From an uncultured Verrucomicrobiota bacterium (GTDB taxonomy: Bacteria; Verrucomicrobiota; Kiritimatiellia; CAIQIC01; Lenti-01): a DNA stretch of 64,000 bases. The stretch spans positions 2,556 to 66,555 of the forward strand of contig CAYNSH010000002.1 in the NCBI GenBank assembly GCA_964399775.1, written 5' to 3'. Positions 1-9,323 of the stretch are shown piece after piece. The notes beneath the pieces are model-generated. The model ran no database searches. It was given only the letters and a program-made list of their open reading frames with translations, and was not told the DNA's origin. Each line of letters opens with the position of its first letter. The stretch's first letter is position 1. A program made the position numbers and the translations under genes.

Positions 1-965
1 ATGAGCAAGTGATGGAGCGGAGAATAGGGCAACAGGGCGCCCAGTTGCGACAAGCCGGGGGCGACCGCCTCCGCCACGGCCGCCGGGTCGCGACGATGGA
101 GGAGGACAATGGGAGCCGCCGCGGACTCGAGCCAGTCGGCCTCTTCCGGGGCAACCACGCACGCCTTCTCCACGGCGGCCCGATCCGGAAACAAGACGGC
201 GAAGGGTTTTTCGTCGCGGTGCTTGCGCGCCCGCAGGCGTTGAACGGCGCGTTCATGGCGGGCATCCACCATGAGGTGAAAGCCGCCAATGCCCTTGACG
301 GCCACGATGCGGCCGGCGCGGAGCGCCTCCACCGTGCGCAACAGCGCCTCCTCTTTCCGCGCCACCGAACGGCCGGAGGCGTCGATGTATTCCAGGGATG
401 GGCCGCACACCGGACAGGCGATCGGCTGGGCATGGAAGCGGCGATCGCGCGGGTCGCCATATTCCGCTTCGCACGCCGGGCACATCCGGAACCGCCTCAT
501 CGTGGTGTTGACGCGATCATAGGGCAGGCGTTCGATAAGGCTGAACCGCGGCCCGCAGTGCGTGCAGTTGGCGAAGGGATAGCGGTAGCGCCGGTCGGCG
601 GGATCAAACATCTCGCGCAAGCAATCCGGACAGGTCGCCAGATCGGGCAAAATGCCGGCCACCCGCGGTCCGGCCTGGATCGCGCTGGAACGGATTTCGA
701 ATCCCGCCGGCAGATCATCGGGGGGAATGGCCTCCGCCTGGATCTCGCGGATATCCGCCGCGGCGGGCAGGCACGCGGGAAGGCGCGCCTGGAAGTGGCG
801 AATATCCTCTTCGCGGCCGGCCAGGGCCACCTCGGCGCCGGCGCTGTCATTGAGCACCCAGCCCCGCAGGTGCAGTTCATGGGCCAGCCGGAAGACGGAG
901 GGGCGAAAGCCGACGCCCTGGACGAGCCCGCGCAACTTCAACCGGATGGATGATTCCTCCGCCAT
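1..965 (-). CDS. hypF: Carbamoyltransferase HypF, N-terminal ~320 aa; the gene continues past the window start. The six-frame track missed it because there is no in-window stop.
   Basis: Manual reverse-complement translation from ATG (complement of 963-965) gives MAEESSIRLKLRGLVQGVGFRPSVFRLAHELHLRGWVLN (acylphosphatase domain). It continues with the paired Zn fingers (CPDC...NCTHCGPRFS and CPACEAEY...CPVCGP) and a YrdC-like region (KHRDEKPFAVLF...LPYSPLHHLL). The frame stays open to position 1. Confidence 0.8.
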   Translation of the reverse strand, partial: MAEESSIRLKLRGLVQGVGFRPSVFRLAHELHLRGWVLNDSAGAEVALAGREEDIRHFQARLPACLPAAADIREIQAEAIPPDDLPAGFEIRSSAIQAGPRVAGILPDLATCPDCLREMFDPADRRYRYPFANCTHCGPRFSLIERLPYDRVNTTMRRFRMCPACEAEYGDPRDRRFHAQPIACPVCGPSLEYIDASGRSVARKEEALLRTVEALRAGRIVAVKGIGGFHLMVDARHERAVQRLRARKHRDEKPFAVLFPDRAAVEKACVVAPEEADWLESAAAPIVLLHRRDPAAVAEAVAPGLSQLGALLPYSPLHHLL

Positions 966-1058
966 GGTCCGGCCATCTATACGCCAGATTGGCCCGGGGG
1001 TCGAGTTTGCGTCGAATGCCGCTTGCGTTTTGGCGATCCGAATCGCAAGCTAATCGAC

Positions 1059-1718
1059 ATGATCACGAACACACCCCTCCTGTTGTGGATGCTGGGAATC
1101 GCCGCCTATCTGCTGGGGAGCATCCCCAACGGCCTGCTGATCGCCCGGCTGAAGGGCATCGACCTGAAGACTTCCGGCTCCGGCAACATCGGCGCCACGA
1201 ATGTCTTTCGCTGCGTGGGCAAAGGCTGGGGCCTGTTGGCCCTGGTCCTGGATGCGGCCAAGGGATTTGTTCCGGCCTATGTGTTCCCCCGGCTGCTGGA
1301 CACGGCGCCCCCCGGCTGGTTGGGCCTGGCCTGCGGCGTGGCTGCAGTGGCCGGCCACAACTGGCCCATCTGGCTGGGATTCAAAGGGGGCAAGGGCGTC
1401 AGCACAAGCGCCGGGATGCTGCTGGGGATTGCGCCGGCCGCCGTCGGCATCGGACTGGTGTTCTTTGCCGCGGCCGTGGCCATCAGCCGGCGCGTCTCGG
1501 TGGGATCGATCCTGGCCGCGATGGCGGTGCCGGCGGCCCACATCGGGCTGTATGGGTGGGACAACCCCCTGCTGGCCACAACGTTGATCTTGATGGGGCT
1601 GGCCGTCATCGTAAAGCACCGCGGAAACATCCGCCGCCTGATCCAGGGCACCGAACCCAAACTGTTTGGCGGCACGCCGGAGGCTTCCGCCTCCGGCCGC
1701 CAGCCGCCCTCCGGTTGA
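1059..1718 (+). CDS. plsY: Glycerol-3-phosphate acyltransferase PlsY
   Basis: MITNTPLLLWMLGIAAYLLGSIPNGLLIARLKG...SGSGNIGATNVFR...GHNWPIWLGFKGGKGV carries the PlsY signature. The ATG at 1059 is preferred over the TTG at 1023 listed in the track. Confidence 0.85.
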   Translation: MITNTPLLLWMLGIAAYLLGSIPNGLLIARLKGIDLKTSGSGNIGATNVFRCVGKGWGLLALVLDAAKGFVPAYVFPRLLDTAPPGWLGLACGVAAVAGHNWPIWLGFKGGKGVSTSAGMLLGIAPAAVGIGLVFFAAAVAISRRVSVGSILAAMAVPAAHIGLYGWDNPLLATTLILMGLAVIVKHRGNIRRLIQGTEPKLFGGTPEASASGRQPPSG

Positions 1719-1785
1719 CGGCAACTGGTTCGGCTGGCCTTTACAGGCCGGCCTTGGCTCGCCTATAGTGCAAGGCAATTTCCGC

Positions 1786-4083
1786 ATGAGTTTGGCTTCT
1801 GAACATCTGGACCGGCACGGCGCATGGTCAGTGATTCTGCGTCTTGGCCGTTGGCTGCTGCTGCTGGCGCTTTTCGTCGCGGTCTTGGCGCTGATTCTGG
1901 AACTGATTGCGCTGCATTTTCTCCCGGGCCGGTCCACGCGGTTTCTCGTGGAAGGACGAATCGGCGACGAGCCGGCCTGGGTCGACAACCCATTCTTCTC
2001 CTACCGGTTTTATCCGGCGCGGATCGCCACCCCTCCCCTGCCGGTCTTGGCCCTGAAAACCCCGCCCGAGAACACCCTGCGGGTTTGCCTGCTGGGCGGC
2101 AGCGCCGCGATGGGCATGCCGGAGCCGGCCTTCGGCCTGGGCCGACTCTTGGAAGCCATGCTGAAGCACAGCTATCCCGACCGGGCCGTCGAGGTCATTT
2201 CGATGACCATCGACGGGGGCAACTCGCATGTTGTCCGGGAAATGTCGCGCGACCTGAAACGCCTCCAGCCCCACGCGGTGATCCTGCTGCTGGGCAATGA
2301 CGAAGTGGCGGGCCCGTTTGGGCCGGCTTCCGGCCTGGGCCGCATCCATCACAGTTCCCGGATCGCCCGGCTCATCACGCTGTTTTCGCGCCTGCGCCTG
2401 GCCCAGTTGTGGCCGGCCGCCCAGCAGCGCTTTTTTCCCGCCCGAGTGGACTTGGCCGCCTGGCGCGCCCAAGAGCCCATCAGCCTGCGCGGTCGCATGT
2501 CGCCGGACGACCGGCGGCTGCTCACGGTCCAGCGGTCGTTCACCAAGAATTATACCGCGATCATCCAGGAGGCCCGGCAGTCGACGCCGATTGTCATTGC
2601 CTGCACCGTACCGGTCAATCTTCGCGACTGCGCACCCTTTTCGACGAGTTTTCTGACGGACGAGACGGATGCCCAGGTGGTCCGCGAAACGCTCCGCGCG
2701 GCCATCGCGGCGGACGCCGCCGGGGATACGGTCAAGGCGCGGGGACTCTACGCCCAGGCGATCCAGAAGCATCCCACCCATGCCGAGGCGCTCTTTCGCG
2801 CGGGTCAACTGGCGCTGAAGGAGAATCGAACCGCCGAGGCGGCGGAACTCTTTACCCGCGCACGGGACTCGGACGCGTTGCGGCTGCGCGCGGATTCCAC
2901 GTTGAATGCCATCATTCGAGAGTGCGCGCGCGCCCAAGGGGCGTATCTCCTGGATGCGGAGCGAGTGTTTTCCGTCCGGTCGGCGCAGGGCATTCCGGGG
3001 CGCGATCTGTTCCTCGACCATGTTCACTATACGTTTGAAGGAACCCACCTGCTGGCCACTACCTTGATCCACCGCATGGAATTCCTGCGGGCGTTCGACC
3101 AGGAACCCACCGCCCGCATCCCCGACCGCGACACCCTGGCCAATGAACTGCTCCACAATCCGTGGGGCCAGGCCCGGCAACTGGAGGCGATCATCCGCCA
3201 GCAGTTGCATCCGCCGTTTCGCAGACAACTCAGCAACGCCGAAACCCTGGCCCGGCTGAACGACGCCCATCGATATTCAAGCGAACGGGTGGCGGCCCTT
3301 TCGCTCGACAACACCCGCGCCATTTTCCAGCGCCGACGCCAGCATCATCCCGGGGACACCTGGCTGGCAGTGCAAGCGGCGTGGTATCTGCTGCAAGCCG
3401 GCGATGCGGCCGCCGCAGAGGAGCATGCCCGCGCCGCCCACGAACGGCTTCCCCATCGCCTCGATCTCCGCGGCCTGCTGGCGCTGACCCTTGCCTATCA
3501 ACACAAGGCCCCTGAACCGGGCATCGCCATGATTCGCGAGACGGAAGGCGGCGCCGGCTATTACGAGGTCACGCTGTCCATTGGCATCGGCCAAACCCTG
3601 CAGGAACACCGGCAATACGAAGCCGCCCTGCCCTGGCTCGATCATGCCGTGGCCCTGGATGGCTGGAATACCGAGGCGGCCATCGCCTATGCAGAAACCC
3701 TTTTTGATTCCGGCCGCCAGGATGAAGCCATCGATTGGCTGGAAGCCTTTGCCCGACGCCATCCACGCCAGCCGGTTGCATGGGAGGAACTGGCCGTTCT
3801 GCACACGCGTCGGAAGCTGAGAAATGACTGGGAAATTGCAACCGAGTATTTCGAGCGCGCGGAGGATCTGGCGCCCCATCGGTATGACCGGTTGCTGAAA
3901 TGGGCCTGGGCCACCTACGAGCACCGGGCGTTTTCCAAGGCCCATCGGCTGCTCGCGCGCTATCTGAGCGTGATGCCCGAGGATCCCGAGGCCCTGGAAT
4001 TGCAGGCGCTGCTGGAGCCGCGCATGCGCTTCACAACCGAGCCCGATCCTCCGCCGGCGACACCGCGTCGATTCCTGCCGTAG
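1786..4083 (+). CDS. Membrane-anchored protein with an SGNH/GDSL-like hydrolase-type N-region and C-terminal TPR repeats
   Basis: An N-terminal TM helix (WSVILRLGRWLLLLALFVAVLALILELIAL) is followed by an LLLGNDE motif and then multiple TPR-like helices (AEALFRAGQLALKENRTAEAAELF...). The ATG at 1786 is chosen because the 1666 extension overlaps the plsY 3' end. Confidence 0.55.
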   Translation: MSLASEHLDRHGAWSVILRLGRWLLLLALFVAVLALILELIALHFLPGRSTRFLVEGRIGDEPAWVDNPFFSYRFYPARIATPPLPVLALKTPPENTLRVCLLGGSAAMGMPEPAFGLGRLLEAMLKHSYPDRAVEVISMTIDGGNSHVVREMSRDLKRLQPHAVILLLGNDEVAGPFGPASGLGRIHHSSRIARLITLFSRLRLAQLWPAAQQRFFPARVDLAAWRAQEPISLRGRMSPDDRRLLTVQRSFTKNYTAIIQEARQSTPIVIACTVPVNLRDCAPFSTSFLTDETDAQVVRETLRAAIAADAAGDTVKARGLYAQAIQKHPTHAEALFRAGQLALKENRTAEAAELFTRARDSDALRLRADSTLNAIIRECARAQGAYLLDAERVFSVRSAQGIPGRDLFLDHVHYTFEGTHLLATTLIHRMEFLRAFDQEPTARIPDRDTLANELLHNPWGQARQLEAIIRQQLHPPFRRQLSNAETLARLNDAHRYSSERVAALSLDNTRAIFQRRRQHHPGDTWLAVQAAWYLLQAGDAAAAEEHARAAHERLPHRLDLRGLLALTLAYQHKAPEPGIAMIRETEGGAGYYEVTLSIGIGQTLQEHRQYEAALPWLDHAVALDGWNTEAAIAYAETLFDSGRQDEAIDWLEAFARRHPRQPVAWEELAVLHTRRKLRNDWEIATEYFERAEDLAPHRYDRLLKWAWATYEHRAFSKAHRLLARYLSVMPEDPEALELQALLEPRMRFTTEPDPPPATPRRFLP

Positions 4084-4819
4084 CGTCCCCGGCCCCGGGG
4101 AGGGGCCCGCCGCCCGGGACCAGTCGGCGCAGTCCGGATTCTTTGGCCCGCCACATCACGTAGGCGGTCATGGCATAGGGCAGCAACAGCAAGGCCCGCG
4201 CCTCCCGCGGAAGCAGCGCCAACTGGGAGAGCACGGCCGGAAGGCCCGCGGTCAGCAGGCCGGCGCGATGAAACAGCAATCCCAGCGCGGCCACGGTACA
4301 ACCGCTCAACCACACCACCATGCCGATACCCGCCCGTGCCTCGCGCCGGAGCCCCCGGTCTTCCAGCCAGCGCCCGCCCTCGCCGGCCAGATGGTTCAAG
4401 GCCGCCAGCAGCGCAATCTGCAAGACATACTGAAGGGCGGCATTGACGGCGAAATACGTTTGGGTGGGCACCAACCACCACCAGACAATGAACGGGGAAA
4501 GCAACAGGGCGCCCACGGCCAGCCCCAGCGCGCGGCCCACTCGAAGCTTCCACCGCGGCGAGACATGCTCCCCCGCCGGCAGGATCCACAACCCCCACCC
4601 GAGCGGCCAGAAGCTGGCCGCCAGGATGCCGATCGCCCAGCCAGTTGGCAACAGCCCGGCCAGGGCGATCGCATGCGCGCCCCCCACGAGGGCCATGCTC
4701 CAAAACAGGCACGAGAAACCGCGGACCACATGCAGCAGATCTTGCGGGGACCGCCGGGGGGACTCCTCGGCAGCCGCGGCGGCAGGACCCGGTTGGACAC
4801 TGGTCCAATCGGTATTCAT
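4031..4819 (-). CDS. Polytopic membrane protein (~6 TM) of unknown function; last gene of the GT4 operon
   Basis: The internal start MNTDWTSVQPG is followed by several hydrophobic helices. Its ATG (complement 4817-4819) overlaps the upstream GT4 stop as ATGA. It converges on the TPR gene at its 3' end. Confidence 0.5.
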   Translation of the reverse strand: MNTDWTSVQPGPAAAAAEESPRRSPQDLLHVVRGFSCLFWSMALVGGAHAIALAGLLPTGWAIGILAASFWPLGWGLWILPAGEHVSPRWKLRVGRALGLAVGALLLSPFIVWWWLVPTQTYFAVNAALQYVLQIALLAALNHLAGEGGRWLEDRGLRREARAGIGMVVWLSGCTVAALGLLFHRAGLLTAGLPAVLSQLALLPREARALLLLPYAMTAYVMWRAKESGLRRLVPGGGPLPGAGDATAGIDAVSPAEDRARL

Positions 4820-5925
4820 GTGCCCCGCGCCTCCATCAACAGCTCGATCTCCGCACGAAGGCCCGCCACGAACCGCGCTTTCCCAAACTCTTCCGCATGC
4901 GCCCGGATGGCGGCCGGATCCCACGCGATACGCTCCGCCCGAGCGACCGCCTGATGAACGGCCTCCGGCGTTTGCTCCGCAAAGAAAACGCCCGTTGCGC
5001 CCGCCTGGACCGTCTCCAACAGCCCGCCGCGTCCAAAGGCCACGACGGGCTTGCCACAGGCCTGCGCTTCGAGCGGGACAATTCCAAAATCCTCTTCGCC
5101 CGGAAAGAGGAGAAAGCGGCACCGGCGGTACAGTTCGCGAATGCCCTCGTCGGGCACGCGCCCCAGGAACTCCACATTCGGCGCGGCCATTCGTTGCAAC
5201 GCCTGTGCATCCGTTCCGACGCCGGCGATTTTGAGCGGGAACCCCGACTGCGAATAGGCCTGCACGACCAAGTCCACGCGCTTGTAGGGAACCAAGGCCG
5301 AGACCACCAGATCATAGCCGTCATGGCCTCCCACCGGGCCGGGCGTGAAGAAGTCCGTCGCCACCGGGGGATAGACAACGGACGCCTCGCGTTCGTAATG
5401 CTTCTGGATTCGCGCCTGGATATGGCGGCTGATGGCCACAAACCGGTGTACCCGCGCGCTGGCCCGGCGGTCCCACTTCCGCAGGCGGGCCAAGAGCAGA
5501 TCAATCGCGGCCCGTCGGATGCGGTGGCGGCCGAAGTAGTCCTCCTGCAGCGCCCAGGCATAGCGCATCGGCGTGAAGCAGTAGCACAGATGCCGGGCCC
5601 CTGGCGGCGGCCGGATCCCCTTGGCGACGCAATGGCTGGTGCTCAGCACCAAATCGGTGTCGGCCGGAATTCGAAACGACTCGATCGCCATCGGGAACAA
5701 GGGCAGAAACCAGCGGTACTGATGTTCAAAGAAGGGCAAGCGTTGCAAGCCGGATACATGCACGCTGCGGTTGCGAATGTTCGCCGATACCTGCTCGGGC
5801 AGATACAGCAAGGTGTACAGCTCGGCGTTGGGAAACATCTGGCAGATCAAATCCAGGCACCGTTCGCCGCCGCGCATGCCATTGAGCCAGTCGTGGGCCA
5901 GCACCACCTTCCACGGACGGCTCAT
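4816..5925 (-). CDS. Glycosyltransferase family 4 (GT-B, group 1)
   Basis: MSRPWKVVLAHDWLNGMRGGERCLD...; the C-terminal half has the GT4 EX7E-type region (EDFGIVPLEAQACGKPVVA). A GGGAGG RBS lies upstream of the ATG at 5925. Confidence 0.8.
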   Translation of the reverse strand: MSRPWKVVLAHDWLNGMRGGERCLDLICQMFPNAELYTLLYLPEQVSANIRNRSVHVSGLQRLPFFEHQYRWFLPLFPMAIESFRIPADTDLVLSTSHCVAKGIRPPPGARHLCYCFTPMRYAWALQEDYFGRHRIRRAAIDLLLARLRKWDRRASARVHRFVAISRHIQARIQKHYEREASVVYPPVATDFFTPGPVGGHDGYDLVVSALVPYKRVDLVVQAYSQSGFPLKIAGVGTDAQALQRMAAPNVEFLGRVPDEGIRELYRRCRFLLFPGEEDFGIVPLEAQACGKPVVAFGRGGLLETVQAGATGVFFAEQTPEAVHQAVARAERIAWDPAAIRAHAEEFGKARFVAGLRAEIELLMEARGT

Positions 5926-7079
5926 GTGGCCTCCCGATACATCTGCAGGACCGATTCCGCCGTCACTTGCCACGAAAACCGGCGGGCGTGTTCCAGGCCG
6001 GCCGTCCGCAGGCGTTCCGACTCGGCGGGCTGAGTCAGCACTTCGCGCAGCGCCGCCGCCGCGCCGGCGATGTCCAGCGGATCCACCAGCCGGGCCGCGC
6101 GGCCCGCCACTTCCGGCAGGCTGGCGGCATGGGAACAAACCACCGGCGTGCCGCACGCCATGGCCTCCAGCACCGGCAGCCCAAACCCTTCATAGCGCGA
6201 CAGCAGGGCCAGCACATCCGCCTCCTGATACGCCCGGACCAGGCCCGCGTCGTCCAGATAGCCCGTCCATTCGATGCGGTCCGCCACGCCCAGGCGGCGC
6301 GCCACCTGCCACGCTTCGGGATAGCGGTCGTCTTCGGGGCCGACGATTCGCAGCCGCGCATCCACCCCTTCGTCGCGCACCAGGCGGGCGAACGCCTCCA
6401 CCAGGCCCGCCAGATTCTTGTACGGGTCGCGCCGGCCCACATAAAGCACGGTGGGGGGCGCACCGCGACGGGAGGGCTTGTCGCCGCCGGGAACATAGCG
6501 CGCATCCACCCCGTCGGGCGCCACCACGATGCGCTCGGGCGCAATGCCCAGCAGCCGTTCGATGTCGCGCCGGGCGGATTCACTGCCCGTGGCCACCGCA
6601 TCCACCCGCCGGGCGATTTCGCGCATCAGCCACCGGTAGAGCAGGCCAAACCGCGTTTTCAGCGCCCGGGGCGTAAACTCCGGATGCACCAGCGGAATCA
6701 AATCGTGAATGTTGCAGATGCACCGGATGTCATGCGGCCGCCGCCGCGAAAACGCCGGCAGCGGGATCATGAAATTGGTCGAATGATAGACCCGGACCCC
6801 GTGCCGCCGAAGCAGGCTCGCCGCGGCGAACTGCCCGGCGGGACTGAACACGCCGTGGGGCAAAAGCGAAAATTCAAATCCTTCGGCTTCCGCCAGCCCG
6901 GCCTCCCGCTCAAGAAAGTCCCGGCGCTCCCGGTCGCGCACGATCACCACATAGCCAAATTCCCCGCCGATCTCCCGCAACTGGCGCAACAGTTCCAGGG
7001 TATAGCGCCCGATACCGCTCAGTTCTGGAAACACCCAGCGGGCATCGATCGCAATCCGTATGGTCGGATCCGGGTTCAT
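5922..7079 (-). CDS. Glycosyltransferase family 4
   Basis: MNPDPTIRIAIDARW...GIGRY...EGFGLPVLEAMACGTPVV. An ATGA overlap with the downstream GT4 indicates translational coupling. Confidence 0.8.
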   Translation of the reverse strand: MNPDPTIRIAIDARWVFPELSGIGRYTLELLRQLREIGGEFGYVVIVRDRERRDFLEREAGLAEAEGFEFSLLPHGVFSPAGQFAAASLLRRHGVRVYHSTNFMIPLPAFSRRRPHDIRCICNIHDLIPLVHPEFTPRALKTRFGLLYRWLMREIARRVDAVATGSESARRDIERLLGIAPERIVVAPDGVDARYVPGGDKPSRRGAPPTVLYVGRRDPYKNLAGLVEAFARLVRDEGVDARLRIVGPEDDRYPEAWQVARRLGVADRIEWTGYLDDAGLVRAYQEADVLALLSRYEGFGLPVLEAMACGTPVVCSHAASLPEVAGRAARLVDPLDIAGAAAALREVLTQPAESERLRTAGLEHARRFSWQVTAESVLQMYREAT

Positions 7080-7191
7080 CTCGGTCAATCTAGCCATCGG
7101 TGCGGGGCGGAATCCAGCTCAATCCGTTCCCGCATCCCGCGTTCCTTCGTTTGCGCGTGTCTTTTGCACGCGATTCGCTAGGCTATTCCGC

Positions 7192-9282
7192 ATGTTCAAC
7201 CCCGTGCCAGATTCGCGAAACCCGCGCCTGCGGGTATGGCACCGATGGCTGAAACGCATCGTCCGGTCGTGGATGCTTCAAGCCCGGGGCGGTGAATACA
7301 TCCTCCTGCTCTTCATCGCCGGCTTCATTGGGCTGCTCGGGGGGCTGGGAACCATCGCCTTCGAGTCCGGCTTGCACCTCATGCAATCCCTTCTGTGGAA
7401 TGCCGTCGAGCCGGGCAACGAGATCTTGCGCGGATTCTCCGCCTGGAAAATCGTCCTGATCCCGGCGGCGGGCGGATTGGCGGCGGGCCTGATCACCGTC
7501 TACTGGGCTTCGCGCACCAAGGGCTATGGCGTGGGCGAAGTCATTCGCGCCCTCGCCACCCGCGATGGAAGCCTTTCCGGGCGCATCACGCTGGCCAAGA
7601 GCATCGCATCGGTCATCACGGTTGGCAGCGGCGGTTCCGCCGGGCGCGCTGGACCGATTGTTCAAATCGGCTCGGCCATCGCTTCGCGCATGGGCCGACG
7701 CCTGGGCATGTCGCGCCGCCGACTGCGGACCTTGGTGGGCTGCGGGGCCGCCGCCGGCCTCGCCGCGACCTTCAACGCGCCCATCGCCGGCGCTTTGTTC
7801 GCCACGGAAGTGATCCTGGGGCAGTTCGGTGCCGGGCAGTTCGGCCCCATCGTGATCTCTTCGGTAACCGCCACCGTGGTCGTCCGGGGCTGGCGCGGAA
7901 ACATCCCCGTGTTTTCGCCGCCGGAATCCCTGTTCGCCAGTCCATGGGAACTGCTTCCCTACGCCATGCTCGGCCTGCTTTGCGGGCTGGTATCCTTCGC
8001 CTATATCCGCATCACGGAAGCGGCCGACCATGTATTCGACCGCCAGGCCCGCCTGCCCGCCTGGATCCGCCCGGCCATCGGCGGGCTGTTGATCGGCCTG
8101 CTGGCCCTGGTGCTGCCGCAAATCATGGGCGACGGCCACTGGCTGGCCAACGATGCGTTCGCCGGGCGTTTCCCGGTCCCGATCCTGTTCGCGTTGGCGC
8201 TGGCCAAGATCGTCGCCACCGCCCTCACCCTGGGCAGCGGCGGAGCCGGCGGGGTCTTCGCCCCGGTGCTGGCCATCGGCGCCCTGCTGGGGGCCGGCGT
8301 CGGCGGCCTGGTCGAGCCCCTGCTGGGCGATGCCTTCGGCGGTGTGGCCGCCTATTCGCTGGTCGGCATGGCCGGCCTGCTCTCCGGCACCATGCTGGCG
8401 CCCATCACGGCTATCCTGATGGTGTTCGAAATCACCTTCAACTACGACATCATCCTGCCTGTCATGGTGGTTTCCATCCTCAGCACCGTGCTGACGTCGG
8501 CCCTGACCGGGAACCTGTCGATCTATACCCACAAGCTGGCGCGCGAAGGCGTTCGCCTGCTGCATGGCGGATCGCCCGATCTGCTCGCCGGGCGACATGT
8601 CGAGGAACTGATGCGCCCCCGCGTGGAAATCATCGCCCCCGAAGCCTCCGCCCAGGCGGTCGTCGACCGCATGCTAACGGCCGAGGCCGCCCAATTCTAT
8701 GTCGTCGATGACCACGGCCTTCTCCAGGGAGCCATTCATCTGAGGGATGCGCGGCGCGTGTTGCTCGCCCCCCGAAACCTGGCCAACATGCTCACCGCCG
8801 CCGATCTCATGCATCGCCGCGTCCCAGTGCTGCTGACCCGCGAAAGCCTGAGCTCCGCGCTCGCCAAGTTCACCGCCGCGCACCTGCCCGAACTGCCGGT
8901 TGTCGAATCACCGGCGCGGCGGCGCCCCGTCGCCACCCTGGCCTATGACGACGTGCTGTCCGTCTATCAGGAGGAAATGCTCAAGGCCGACACCCCCCAA
9001 TCCCTCTCCGGCAGCCTCTCGGCCCTGGGCGGGCATCCCCTGACCATTGCCCCCGGCTTCGAACTGGCCGAATGGGATCCGCCCCGCCCCTATCACGGGT
9101 TGTCGCTGGCCGAGGCGCGCCTCCCCGATACCCACGGGCTGCGCGTGATCCTGCTCAAGCGCCGCCATCCCGACGGCACGCTAACCGCCGTGGCCGCCGA
9201 TGCCCGCACGGTGATTGAACCCGACGACACCCTGATTGTGCTCGGCGCCTCCTCCGCCATTGCCGGGATCACGAGGCTATAG
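7192..9282 (+). CDS. ClC-family chloride channel/transporter homolog with C-terminal CBS pair and RCK_C (TrkA-C)-like domain
   Basis: ClC selectivity motifs are present in divergent form: GYGVGEV (GSGIPE-like), GSGGSAGRAGP (GKEGP-like, with Ala at the gating-Glu position) and GGVFAP (GxFxP). CBS-like and TrkA-C-like regions follow. Confidence 0.85.
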   Translation: MFNPVPDSRNPRLRVWHRWLKRIVRSWMLQARGGEYILLLFIAGFIGLLGGLGTIAFESGLHLMQSLLWNAVEPGNEILRGFSAWKIVLIPAAGGLAAGLITVYWASRTKGYGVGEVIRALATRDGSLSGRITLAKSIASVITVGSGGSAGRAGPIVQIGSAIASRMGRRLGMSRRRLRTLVGCGAAAGLAATFNAPIAGALFATEVILGQFGAGQFGPIVISSVTATVVVRGWRGNIPVFSPPESLFASPWELLPYAMLGLLCGLVSFAYIRITEAADHVFDRQARLPAWIRPAIGGLLIGLLALVLPQIMGDGHWLANDAFAGRFPVPILFALALAKIVATALTLGSGGAGGVFAPVLAIGALLGAGVGGLVEPLLGDAFGGVAAYSLVGMAGLLSGTMLAPITAILMVFEITFNYDIILPVMVVSILSTVLTSALTGNLSIYTHKLAREGVRLLHGGSPDLLAGRHVEELMRPRVEIIAPEASAQAVVDRMLTAEAAQFYVVDDHGLLQGAIHLRDARRVLLAPRNLANMLTAADLMHRRVPVLLTRESLSSALAKFTAAHLPELPVVESPARRRPVATLAYDDVLSVYQEEMLKADTPQSLSGSLSALGGHPLTIAPGFELAEWDPPRPYHGLSLAEARLPDTHGLRVILLKRRHPDGTLTAVAADARTVIEPDDTLIVLGASSAIAGITRL

Positions 9283-9323
9283 GCGAGCGCCGCCGCCTCC
9301 AAGCGTGTACCGATTGGGATGGG

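Noticed and set aside
9-953. 314-aa plus-strand ORF at the window start, and the minus-strand ORFs 253-483 and 497-880
   Set aside because: A different minus-strand frame, not in the track because it has no in-window stop, encodes textbook HypF (acylphosphatase, Zn fingers and YrdC motifs). The listed ORFs are R/P/A-rich antisense or off-frame artefacts.
1666-1785. N-terminal extensions in the ORF track (1666 for the TPR protein, 1023 TTG for plsY, 22396 for the secreted protein, 26578-28134 MNPA for yifB, and the long extensions of glgX, the peptidase and the 18633 gene)
   Set aside because: The track uses the most upstream start, including TTG and GTG alternative starts. The extensions overlap neighbouring genes or are low-complexity. 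Internal ATGs with an RBS or conserved N-termini are preferred.
7183-8598. 471-aa minus-strand ORF inside the ClC gene, and 7395-8711 plus in another frame
   Set aside because: They are antisense or off-frame relative to the ClC channel gene, whose motifs and TM pattern are clear. The composition is low-complexity G/D/R/Q.
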